Below are positions 8,296-17,267 of a stretch of DNA of 64,000 nucleotides, piece by piece. This stretch comes from Acidimicrobiales bacterium (GTDB lineage: Bacteria; Actinomycetota; Acidimicrobiia; Acidimicrobiales; JAUJNH01), in assembly GCA_030448245.1 (NCBI GenBank), contig JAUJNH010000006.1, forward strand, positions 15,788 through 79,787, given 5' to 3'. Within the stretch, counting starts at the first letter, position 1, and each line of letters begins with the position of its first letter. Below the pieces are notes generated by a model. That model was given only the letters and a program-made list of their open reading frames with translations. It made no database searches and had not been told where the DNA came from. Both the position numbers and the translations under genes were made by a program.

Positions 8296-11200
8296 ATGGT
8301 CGAGAACGAGGCGGCGGGTGAAGCCGCGCCCGGTGACCTGGCAGCCCTGGACGGCGACCGCCTCCGGTGGCTCCGGGTGGCCCAGGCGCTGCTGCGCGAC
8401 ACCGAGGACGCCCTCGAGGAGGCGGGCGAGCTGCCCGAGCCGGCGCTGCGGGCCCAGGTCGGCGCCGACCTCGACGCAGAGCTGCGGCTGCTGTCCGCGG
8501 CCGTCACCCGCGCCGCCGTCGCCGCCGGCCTCGGGACGCTGTGGCAGGCGCCCCCACCGAGCCGGGCCGCGGCCAACGGGGCCGCCAGCGAGGCCGGCAC
8601 CACCGACGTGGCGGCGGTCCCGGCGGGGCCGCCCCGCCTCCAGGGGTCGTGGGTCGACGGGGGGCTGGTCCTGTGGGCGGGAGGACCCGGCGCCAAGCCG
8701 CTGTCGGCCGAAGAGGTCGTGGCCCTCGCCGTGTCCATCGACAGCACGCTCGACACGGGCGGCTGGACCCGCCGCAAGCCGGTCATCGTCCCCGGCGGCG
8801 AGCAGGCCGAGGCGTGGGCGGTGCCGCTCGACCGGATCCTCGGCTGGCTGGTGGCCGTGGCCAGCACCCCGCCCGGCGAGGTCGTCGCCCCCAGCCTGCG
8901 CTGGCTGGGTGAGGTGGCGGCGTGGGCGGTCGAGCTGTCGGCGCTGGGCCGCGCCGTGCCGATCCTGCGGCGCTCGACCGGGAGCGGGCCGACGGCGCGG
9001 TGCCGGGTGCGCTGGACGCCGGCCCTGGTCGACAAGGGGCGCCTCGAGGCGGCGGCCGCCCGCCGGCCCGGCGCCGCCGTCATCACCGCCCCCGCCGAGG
9101 ACGCCGTGGTCACGACCCGCTCGGTCCTCGGCTCGGTGGTCGACACGCTCTTCCGGCACGCCGCCTCGCTGGCCCGGAAGATCCCCGAGCCGCCGGCCAC
9201 CACCACGGCGGCAGAAGTCGGCGAGGCGATCCTGGCGGGGCTGGCCGGTGAGCGGTTCGATGCTGCCGAGCGGGTGGCCGGGATGGTCGAGCACCGCCTG
9301 AACCGGTGGGCCAGGCCGGTCACGGCCGACGTGGGCCCCCCGCTCCTCGTCCGCCTGGCCGAGCCCGACTCGGAGGGGGTGTGGCTGCTGTCGGTCCACG
9401 TCCCCGGCGCCGGGGCGGGTGGCGGCGAGGTGCCGGTCGAGGTGGCCATGGGCACCTCGCGGGGCGAGGAGCGCCGCGCGGTCGAGGTGGCCTACGGTCG
9501 GCTGGAGCGGTTGGTGCCCCTCGTCTCCCGGCCCGGCCGGGCCCGTCGGGGCGAGGTGGCGCTGTCCGACACCGAGGCCTGGGAGCTGCTCAGCGAGGTG
9601 GGGCCGTCGCTCGAGGCCGCCGGGTTCTCCGTGCAGGTCCCGCGGCTCCAGCGCCGCAGCCCCTCGCCCGTCCTCCGCCTGTTCACCAAGGAGGGGGGCT
9701 CACCGCAGGTCGGCGCCAACCAGCTGGTCGACGTGCGCTGGTCGGTGCTGATCGGCGACCTCGAGCTGGGCGCAGCCGACATCGCCCGCCTCGCCGCCCA
9801 GGCCAAGCCCCTGGTGCGCACCGGTGGGCGCTGGGTGGCGCTCGAGCGGGCCGACCTGGCCGAGGCGGCGGCGGCCCTGGCCGAACGGTCCAAGGTGACC
9901 CAGATGACCGGTGGGGCCGTCCTGCGCGAGGCCCTCGGCCTTGAGGGCTCCGGTCCTTCCGGCGGGATCCGGGTCGATGGCGAAGGGTGGGCGGCCGACC
10001 TGCTCCGCGAGGCCGGCGCCTTCCCGCCGCCTCCGGTCGATCCCCCCGAAGCGTTCCGGGGCACGCTCCGCTCCTACCAGGCCGAGGCCCTTGGGTGGCT
10101 CACCTTCCTCGACCGGGCCGGGCTCGGCGGCTGCCTCGCCCTCGACATGGGCCTCGGCAAGACGGCCACCGTGCTGGCCCGCATCCTCTCCACGGCCGAC
10201 CAGGGGCCGACCCTGGCGGTGGTCCCCCAGGCCGTGCTCACCAACTGGGCGGCCGAGGCGAACCGCTTCACCCCGCGCTTGCGGGTCGCCATCCACCACG
10301 GCGCCGCCCGCAGCGACGACGTGGTGCGGATGGCCGCCCACCATGACCTGGTGGTCACCACCTTCGGGACGGCGATCCGCGACATCGACAGCCTGGCCTC
10401 GGTGAAGTGGGACCGGATCGTCGTCGACGAGGCCCAGAACATCAAGAACCCGGCGTCCGAGACGGCCAAGAGCCTGCGCCGCCTCCCCGGCCGGTCGCGC
10501 CTGGCGCTGACGGGGACGCCGGTCGAGAACGGCCTCGGTGACCTGTGGGCCATCCTCGACTTCACCAACCCTGGCCTCGTGGGTGCCCGCGACGCGTTCG
10601 TGGCCGGGCTCTCGGGCAAGACGCTGGGCGGCCAGGGGGCCGAGGCCGCGCTGCGGGCCCTGAACGGCCTCCTGGTGTTCCGGCGCACGAAGTCGGAGCC
10701 GGAGATCGGTGCCGAACTGCCCGACAAGATCGACGAGCTCGAGCGGTGCGCCATGACCGCTGAGCAGGTCGGCCTGTACCAGGCGGTCCTCGACAAGCTG
10801 GTCGCCGACCCCCCGACCGGTGACACCAAGGTGCGCAACGGGCGGGTGCTGGCCGCCATCACCGCCCTGAAGCAGATCTGCGACCACCCGGCCGCCTACA
10901 CCCACGACGACCGGCCGCTCGCCGGCCGGTCGGGCAAGCTGTCGAGGCTCGAGCAGGTGGCCGATGCGGTGCGGGCGGCCGGCGAGAAGCTGCTGATCTT
11001 CACCCACTTCGCCTCGTGGGGCGAGCGGCTGGCCGACCACCTGTCCGACCGCTACGACGAGCCCGTCGGCTGCTACCACGGCGGCCTGGCCCGCGGCGCC
11101 CGGGACAAGATGATCGCCGACTGGAAGGCCCGGCAGGGCGGCGGGATCCTCGTTCTGTCCCTAAAGGCGGGCGGCACCGGACTGAACCTCACCGAGGCCA

Positions 11201-11502
11201 GCCACGTCGTCCTCTACGACCGGTGGTGGAACCCGGCCGTCGAGGACCAGGCCCGTGACCGGGCCTGGCGCATCGGCCAGGAGCGCACCGTCGTCTCCCG
11301 GCGGTTCGTGTGCCCCGGCACCATCGACGAGCGGGTCGAGGAGGTCGTCGCCGGCAAGCGCCGCATCGCCGACCTCGTGCTGCCGGCCTCCTCGTCGCTG
11401 GGCGACCTCTCGGCCGAGCAGCTGCGGGTCGCCCTCGGCCTGCGCCCGGACCAGCTGGTGGCCGCCGAGGACGGCTCGACCGACGAGGAGGCTGCAGCAT
11501 GA
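8296..11502 (+). CDS. SNF2/RapA-family DEAD/DEAH-box helicase with long N-terminal SNF2-associated domain
   Basis: SNF2_N motifs LRSYQAEALGWL, DMGLGKT, DEAQNIKN, LTGTPVEN; helicase-C motifs GGTGLNLTEASHV, QARDRAWRIGQ; start ambiguous (first in-frame ATG used; GTG upstream possible). Confidence 0.85.
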   Translation: MVENEAAGEAAPGDLAALDGDRLRWLRVAQALLRDTEDALEEAGELPEPALRAQVGADLDAELRLLSAAVTRAAVAAGLGTLWQAPPPSRAAANGAASEAGTTDVAAVPAGPPRLQGSWVDGGLVLWAGGPGAKPLSAEEVVALAVSIDSTLDTGGWTRRKPVIVPGGEQAEAWAVPLDRILGWLVAVASTPPGEVVAPSLRWLGEVAAWAVELSALGRAVPILRRSTGSGPTARCRVRWTPALVDKGRLEAAAARRPGAAVITAPAEDAVVTTRSVLGSVVDTLFRHAASLARKIPEPPATTTAAEVGEAILAGLAGERFDAAERVAGMVEHRLNRWARPVTADVGPPLLVRLAEPDSEGVWLLSVHVPGAGAGGGEVPVEVAMGTSRGEERRAVEVAYGRLERLVPLVSRPGRARRGEVALSDTEAWELLSEVGPSLEAAGFSVQVPRLQRRSPSPVLRLFTKEGGSPQVGANQLVDVRWSVLIGDLELGAADIARLAAQAKPLVRTGGRWVALERADLAEAAAALAERSKVTQMTGGAVLREALGLEGSGPSGGIRVDGEGWAADLLREAGAFPPPPVDPPEAFRGTLRSYQAEALGWLTFLDRAGLGGCLALDMGLGKTATVLARILSTADQGPTLAVVPQAVLTNWAAEANRFTPRLRVAIHHGAARSDDVVRMAAHHDLVVTTFGTAIRDIDSLASVKWDRIVVDEAQNIKNPASETAKSLRRLPGRSRLALTGTPVENGLGDLWAILDFTNPGLVGARDAFVAGLSGKTLGGQGAEAALRALNGLLVFRRTKSEPEIGAELPDKIDELERCAMTAEQVGLYQAVLDKLVADPPTGDTKVRNGRVLAAITALKQICDHPAAYTHDDRPLAGRSGKLSRLEQVADAVRAAGEKLLIFTHFASWGERLADHLSDRYDEPVGCYHGGLARGARDKMIADWKARQGGGILVLSLKAGGTGLNLTEASHVVLYDRWWNPAVEDQARDRAWRIGQERTVVSRRFVCPGTIDERVEEVVAGKRRIADLVLPASSSLGDLSAEQLRVALGLRPDQLVAAEDGSTDEEAAA

Positions 11503-11614
11503 GCGGAGCAGCCGGCCGCCTCCGCCTGGACCGAGGGGCGGGGCCCGGCGCGGGACGATCCCCGAGGGAAGGCGGAGGCAGGAGGGCGGCTGCGGAGCGG
11601 CTGGAGGACACGGC

Positions 11615-11893
11615 ATGAGCGGGCGGCGCAGGAAGAAGCCGGCAGCGGTGGCCGCGGCCGACGCGGCGAAGTTCTGGGGGTCCGACGTCGACGAGCCCAT
11701 CGCCCCGTTCATCCGGCCGACCGCCGACCCCACGGCCCTGCTGCGGTCGCTCGGGCCCATCCCCCTCACCGTGCAGGACAAGCTGGCCGCGGCCCAGCTC
11801 CACGCCGTCTACGAGAAGGCCACCATGGTGGCCACGGCCGTGGCGTCGGCCGCCAGCCTGGTCGAGGTCGACGAGGGCAGTCCCGGGTCTTGA
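11615..11893 (+). CDS. Small hypothetical protein downstream of SNF2 helicase
   Basis: 92 aa, basic N-terminus (MSGRRRKKP), coding-like frame. Confidence 0.35.
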   Translation: MSGRRRKKPAAVAAADAAKFWGSDVDEPIAPFIRPTADPTALLRSLGPIPLTVQDKLAAAQLHAVYEKATMVATAVASAASLVEVDEGSPGS

Positions 11894-11967
11894 CCCCGGG
11901 AGCCGGATTCGGGAGCATGCGGTCGGGGAACCACGCTTCTCCATCGACAGGACCAGGAGGGGACCAC

Positions 11968-12333
11968 ATGCAAGGGATCCTGCGCCTCACGGCCACCGCT
12001 GCGATCGGAGGCCTGGTCCTCCTCGGCTGCGGGGGTGAGGGCAGCTCCGACAGCCCCGATGACGACGTGACCGTCAACAGCTGCGCCCCCACCCCCGGCG
12101 GGGGCAAGCCCGAGGCGGGCGGGGCGATCACCAACCGCACGACCAAGGCAAGCGGCTACACCTTCCGCGTGCGGTTCCTCGACCCGTCCGGCAACGAGGT
12201 GAGCATGGGGACGACGGCCGTCGCCAGGGTCGAGCCGAACGGCACCGCCACCTGGACGCTGCAGGGCGCCACCAGCGCGAACGGCCCCCTCACCTGCAGG
12301 GTGTCGAACGTCACCCGCACCGCCATCCCCTGA
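11968..12333 (+). CDS. Lipoprotein (hypothetical)
   Basis: AGGAGG RBS 8 nt upstream; signal peptide with lipobox LLGCGG. Confidence 0.5.
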   Translation: MQGILRLTATAAIGGLVLLGCGGEGSSDSPDDDVTVNSCAPTPGGGKPEAGGAITNRTTKASGYTFRVRFLDPSGNEVSMGTTAVARVEPNGTATWTLQGATSANGPLTCRVSNVTRTAIP

Positions 12334-12433
12334 CGCCTGAGCGTCGGAGGCAAACTCGTGTCTTAGGGGCCCTACGATCTGATGCGGGGCAAGATCACGC
12401 GATCTACCTGACCAAGCTGGGGGGCGCGGCCGG

Positions 12434-13762
12434 GTGCAGCGTGGGACGCGCGTCGGCGAGACTGCTCCGGTGGTTCGGCGACCGGACGCGTCCCGATCCG
12501 TCGGAATCCTGCGGGTCCTGGTGGGCGTCATCGCCGCCGCCACCGTCGCCGGCCTCGTCGTGCTGTGGCCGAAGGGCGACGCTCCAGACCTGTCGGCCAC
12601 CACCGAGGGGATCGGCTTCGTCGACGCCACCGTGACGGGCGTCGACATCGTCCCGTGCACCGACCCCTCGGAGGGCCTGCCGACCGAGTGCCAGTCGGTC
12701 GCGGTGGACATCACGTCGGGCTCCCGTCGGGGTGAGGCGGCCTCGTTCCTCAGTTCCCTGGTCGACTTCAGCGCCCCCGACTTCGCGCGAGGAGACCGGG
12801 TGGTGCTGGCCGAGAACGAGCTGGCCCCTCCCGAGTTCCGGTTCAGCTTCGTCGAGCTGCAGCGCGAGGTGCCCCTGCTCCTGCTCGGCGTGGCCTTCGT
12901 GGTGGTCGTCGTGGCGTTCGGGCGGTGGAAGGGGGTCCGGGCGCTCGCCGGTCTGGCCGCCAGCCTGGCGCTCATCGTCGGGTTCCTCCTGCCGTCGCTG
13001 CTGCGCGACAACAACCCGATTGCCGTCGCGCTGGTCACGGTCTCCGCGGTGGCCTTCGCGGCCCTCTACCTCACCCACGGCGTGTCGATTGCCACCACCG
13101 TCGCCCTGCTCGGCACGCTGGCGGCGATCGCTCTCACCACCTTCCTCGCCTGGATCGTGACCACGGCCGCGAACCTGACCGGGATCTCCGACCAGAGCTT
13201 CCAGGTGCTCCGGGTCACCGCAGAGGCGGTCGAGCCGCAGGGGATCCTGCTGGCGGGCATCGTGGTGGGGGTGCTGGGCGTGCTCGACGACGTGACCGTG
13301 ACCCAGGTGTCGGCGGTCGGCGAGCTGCGACGGGCCAACCCCAGCCTGCCCCGTGCGGCCCTCTACCGTTCCGCCATCCGCATCGGCCGCGACCACGTGG
13401 CGTCGGCGGTCAACACCCTCGTCCTGGCCTACGTGGGCGCCTCACTGGCCTTGATGCTGTTCTTCCTGCAGGAGGGGCGGTCGATCTCGCAGGTGGTGAG
13501 CCGGGAGATCGTGGCCATCGAGATCGTCCGCATGCTCGTGGGGAGCATCGGCCTGATCCTCTCGGTCCCCCTGACCACGGCTCTCGCCGTGGCGACGGGC
13601 GTCGCCGGCGGCGGCGGGCACGTCCACGGCGGCCGGCGGCGTCAGCGCGAGGCGGACGACGAGCGGGCCCGGGAGCGGGCCCGTCATGATCGCCGCCGCG
13701 CCCGTCGGCGGGCCACGGGCGAGGGCGCCGAGCCGAGGGTGGATCCACCGAAGGAGGCGTGA
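12434..13762 (+). CDS. YibE/F-family integral membrane protein
   Basis: 442 aa; N-terminal TM, extracytoplasmic domain, then six or more TM helices with YibE/F-like organisation. Confidence 0.65.
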   Translation: MQRGTRVGETAPVVRRPDASRSVGILRVLVGVIAAATVAGLVVLWPKGDAPDLSATTEGIGFVDATVTGVDIVPCTDPSEGLPTECQSVAVDITSGSRRGEAASFLSSLVDFSAPDFARGDRVVLAENELAPPEFRFSFVELQREVPLLLLGVAFVVVVVAFGRWKGVRALAGLAASLALIVGFLLPSLLRDNNPIAVALVTVSAVAFAALYLTHGVSIATTVALLGTLAAIALTTFLAWIVTTAANLTGISDQSFQVLRVTAEAVEPQGILLAGIVVGVLGVLDDVTVTQVSAVGELRRANPSLPRAALYRSAIRIGRDHVASAVNTLVLAYVGASLALMLFFLQEGRSISQVVSREIVAIEIVRMLVGSIGLILSVPLTTALAVATGVAGGGGHVHGGRRRQREADDERARERARHDRRRARRRATGEGAEPRVDPPKEA

Positions 13763-13899
13763 CTGCTCCCGACGACCATCGCCTCGGGCCGTGCGCGCCG
13801 GAACGGCGGAGAGCTCACCGACAGCCAGAGGTTCCCAGGGGGGAGGAGGATCAGGCCTCGCCAGCGGCTGCGGCGTCCGGCTCCCTCCTCCGTGAGGCG

Positions 13900-14544
13900 T
13901 CAGATGCCGTGGTCGGCGGCCCAGCGGATCAGCTCGGCCCGGCGGGAGAGGTGGAGCTTGCCCAGGATGTTGCGCACGTGGTTCTCGACCGTCTTCTCGG
14001 AGATGAACAGCTGGGCCCCCACCTGCTTGTAGGTGCAGCCGCGGGCCACCTGCTGGAGCACCTCCCGCTCGCGCTCGGAGAGCGGGTTGCGGCCCGTCTC
14101 CTTGCGGGCCACCCGCCGGAACTCGCCGAGCAGCATGGCGGCCAGCTTCGGTGAGAACGGCGGCTCGCCCTCGACGGCCAGCAGGAGGCGGCGCCGCAGC
14201 TCGGGGCCCGGCGTGTCCTTGGTGAGGTAGCCGAAGGCCCCCGAGGCGACCGCCTCCAGGAGGTCGGCCTCGTCCTCGGAGACGGTGAACATCACCACCT
14301 TCACCTGCTCGGCGAAGCGCGAGGCGACCTCCTTCACCACCCGCAGCCCGCCGCCTTCCGGCATGCGCAGGTCGCAGACGACCAGGTCGGGCCGGTGCTG
14401 CTCGATGGCGGCGATCGCCTCGGCGGCGTCGCCGGCCTCGGCCACCACCCGCAGCGGGTCACCCAGGTCGGCCCGGACGCCGGCCCGCACGGTCGGGTGG
14501 TCGTCGGCGATGACGACGGTGGTGGTGCGGACGATCTCGGTCAC
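13900..14544 (-). CDS. NarL/LuxR-family response regulator
   Basis: 214 aa from GTG; receiver domain (VVIADDHP, phospho-acceptor DLRMP) plus LuxR HTH (ISEKTVENHVRNILGKL). Confidence 0.85.
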   Translation of the reverse strand: MTEIVRTTTVVIADDHPTVRAGVRADLGDPLRVVAEAGDAAEAIAAIEQHRPDLVVCDLRMPEGGGLRVVKEVASRFAEQVKVVMFTVSEDEADLLEAVASGAFGYLTKDTPGPELRRRLLLAVEGEPPFSPKLAAMLLGEFRRVARKETGRNPLSEREREVLQQVARGCTYKQVGAQLFISEKTVENHVRNILGKLHLSRRAELIRWAADHGI

Positions 14545-14557
14545 GCGTGGCTCCTGC

Positions 14558-15658
14558 TCATCGGAGGTTGGCGGGGTGGGGGATGCAGACGCGGACCTCG
14601 CAGCCGTCGCCCACCGCGGTGACCACCTCGGCCGCACCCCCGGCGTCGCGGACCCGGCCGTGCACGCTGCCCGTGAGGCCGTGGCCGGCCGGGACGAGGG
14701 CGGGGTCGAAGCCGGTCCCGTCGTCGCGCACGGTGACCAGCAGGCCGTTGGTGGCGTCGTCGAGGTCGGCCAGCACCACGGCCGAGCGGGCGGCGCCGTG
14801 CTTGGCCGCGTTCGTGAGGGCTTCTCCCACCGCCGCGGCCACGGCCCGGACGGTGGCTGGCCCCGCCTCGGCGTCGGGGGTGACCGTGACCGAGACGTGC
14901 AGGTCGCCCCAGCGCTCCTCGACCGCCACGGCGGCGGCCCGCAGGGCGGCGGGCAGGGTGCCCGGATCACGGTCGTCGCCGAAGAGGTACAGGCGCAGGT
15001 CGCGCTCGGCCGAGCGGGCCACCTTGGCCACCTCCGGGTCGGTGGTCCGGCGTTCGACCACGGCCAGGGCCTGCAGCACGGTGTCGTGCAGGTCGGCGGC
15101 CACCCGCTCGCGAGCGCGGGCCTCGGCCAGGTCGTCCTGCGCCCTGCGCAGCAGCCGGCACGTGCCTCCGGTGACCGCGCCCACGACCATCCACACGGCG
15201 ATCGCCGAGAGCGACGCCAGCAGCTCGCGGCCCTCCCGTCCCACGGGAACGCCGGCGACGGCCTCGGCCGACAGCCGGGCCAGGCCGAGGGTGAAGCCGA
15301 CGCCGGCGGCCCACCAGGGACCCAGAGCGGCACCGGCCACCAGCAGCACGGCGATGGGGACGGCGCCGGCCAGGTGCTGGCCGGTGGCGCGGCTCTGCAG
15401 CACGAACCCGTCGGCGGCCACCAGGGCCACGACCAGCGCCACCTCGACCGCCACCGCCTCACGCCGCAGCGCCAGCCGCCAGCCGTCCCCGGCCGCCAGC
15501 CGATGGGCGATCCCGGCCCAGACGGCCATGGCCGCCAGGAGAGCAAGCGCCACGGCCGGTTGCCTGATCCGGTCGCGGTTCCCAACGGTGACGGCGAAGG
15601 CGAAGCCGAGCACGACCCAGCGCAGCCAAGCAGCCCCGACCAGGACGCTCCGTTCCAC
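14558..15658 (-). CDS. Sensor histidine kinase (HisKA_3/NarX-type)
   Basis: 366 aa; N-terminal TM helices, H-box ADLHDTVLQALAVV, HATPase_c motifs (TNAAKHG, DDGTGF, GHGLTG); 13 nt upstream of the regulator. Confidence 0.8.
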   Translation of the reverse strand: MERSVLVGAAWLRWVVLGFAFAVTVGNRDRIRQPAVALALLAAMAVWAGIAHRLAAGDGWRLALRREAVAVEVALVVALVAADGFVLQSRATGQHLAGAVPIAVLLVAGAALGPWWAAGVGFTLGLARLSAEAVAGVPVGREGRELLASLSAIAVWMVVGAVTGGTCRLLRRAQDDLAEARARERVAADLHDTVLQALAVVERRTTDPEVAKVARSAERDLRLYLFGDDRDPGTLPAALRAAAVAVEERWGDLHVSVTVTPDAEAGPATVRAVAAAVGEALTNAAKHGAARSAVVLADLDDATNGLLVTVRDDGTGFDPALVPAGHGLTGSVHGRVRDAGGAAEVVTAVGDGCEVRVCIPHPANLR

Positions 15659-15669
15659 GCCCCTACCTT

Positions 15670-16060
15670 GCTACGTCGCGGCGGTCCTTGCGACAGCGGG
15701 CTGCCGTCGAGCGGGTCGGCGGCAGCCGTGTCTCCCGAACTCACCGCCACCCGCGCCCGCCGGCCCAGGTCGGCGGCGGTGGCCTCGACGGCGGCTTCCC
15801 CCTCGGCGGGCCGCGGCGATCGCCGCCTCCAGCGCCGCCGTCGCGGCGGCGCGGTCGCCGGCCGCGAGGTGGTTCTCGGCCGCCCGCACCCACGCCCGCC
15901 CCTCCGGGACTGGGTGGCCGAGCGCGGCCCATGCGGTGGCGGCGGCCTCCTACGCGCCCGGGACGACGGCGCCCGAGAGCTCGGTGCGGTGGCCGATCGG
16001 GGCAGGCAGCGCCGTTCCGAGCGCGCAAGCCTGACGAGAAGTAGACATCCGTCGTGAGCC
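15670..16060 (-). pseudogene. Remnant of a TPR-containing (LuxR/LAL-type?) regulator with in-frame stop
   Basis: Minus-strand frame reads ...EAAATAWAALGHPVPEGRAWVRAAENHLAAGDRAAATAALEAAIAAA, interrupted by TAG and frame changes. Confidence 0.2.
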
Positions 16061-16649
16061 ACGTGACGAGCAGCGCGCCGCTACCGGAGTCAAGGGCGTC
16101 AGCTCAGCCGAGTTCACCGGCGCCGGCATCGCCTCGCCGCAGTACCCGAAGAACGGACCGGCATCGAAGAAGGGCCCCTACCGGGCCCAGGTCGCCCAGA
16201 AGGTCAACGACCTGCGCAGCGGCACCCATGCCAACGCCACCGCTGCCTGGGCTGTCGAAGCCTTCCGAAGGATCAGCGGCACCACCCTGGCAACGGCTCA
16301 CAACACGCCAGTTGCCCTCAACGCCATCCACCGACGCGCCGCACGATCAGCGTGACGGTCGACAAGAAGTCGGGGGCAATCACCCACCTCGGGTGACCCC
16401 GACGGCGCCCTTGTCTCGAGGCAGAACGTGGGACGCTCCGGAGACGTCGATGAGGACGGACACGTACGCGGGTATGTCCTCTACGATGAGCGATCCGCGT
16501 CGAGGGCTTCCGGGGTCGCCCCAGGACTGGGGGAAGCGCCTCTCTCCAGGAGCATCTCGGCCGCTGCTCGGAGCGCCATGAAGGCGCGGAAATGGCAAGG
16601 TGCGACCTTGCACACCTGAAGGCCAGGAGTACGTGCGAGGGTTGCCGCA

Positions 16650-17267
16650 ATGGTGCACGGACGGGAGCTCGAGGCCGGCTCGGCCCGGGCCATCGAACGT
16701 CGGACGTGGCGTGGCCGGCTCCAGGCCGCTGGTCGCGGCGCGCTGGGCGACCTGCTCGACCCTGTGGCGACCCGTGCGGCCGGCGGCGACGAGGAGGCCC
16801 TCGAGGACCTCATCTGGGCGGTGGACGAGCTGCACCTGGCCCGCCCGGCGGTTCGCCGCCTGGTGGTGCAGGAGTCCGACGCCGAGGAGGTGGAGCAGGA
16901 CGTGCTCGTGGCGGTGGCCGAGACCATTGCGGGGTTCCGGGGCGACGCCCGGTTCACGACGTGGCTCCACCAGCTGGCCCGCTTCAAGGCGATCGCCCAG
17001 CTCCGCCGGCGGAAGGAGTCCTTCGTGCTCGATGAAGAGATGGGAGACGCCGCCCGCATATCGTCCATCATCGCCACCCGCACCGTCCTCGACGAGGCCA
17101 TCGGGGGGCTGCCCGACCTCTACCGGGCCGCCGTCGTTCTGCGGGACGTCGAGCAGCGCCCCTACGCCGAGGTGGCGGAGCGGCTCGGCGTGAACATCAA
17201 CACGGTGAAGGCCCGGGTGGCCCGGGGCCGGGCCCTGGCCGCGTCCCGGTTGCGGGCCGGCCGGTGA
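16650..17267 (+). CDS. ECF-type RNA polymerase sigma factor
   Basis: Sigma-70 region 2 (FTTWLHQLARFKAIAQLRRRK) and region 4 (YAEVAERLGVNINTVKARVARGR). Confidence 0.75.
   Translation: MVHGRELEAGSARAIERRTWRGRLQAAGRGALGDLLDPVATRAAGGDEEALEDLIWAVDELHLARPAVRRLVVQESDAEEVEQDVLVAVAETIAGFRGDARFTTWLHQLARFKAIAQLRRRKESFVLDEEMGDAARISSIIATRTVLDEAIGGLPDLYRAAVVLRDVEQRPYAEVAERLGVNINTVKARVARGRALAASRLRAGR

Noticed and set aside
7653-11079. Minus-strand ORFs 7653..9455 (600 aa), 8020..9399, 9700..11079 antisense to the SNF2 helicase
   Set aside because: Antisense to a gene with unambiguous SNF2 motifs; translations are low complexity
14285-16062. Plus-strand ORFs 14285..16057 and 14547..16034 and the 720-aa minus ORF 13900..16062
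   Set aside because: The 720-aa ORF is a fusion artefact across the RR, HK and remnant region; the real genes are the internal RR (13900..14544) and the HK in a different frame
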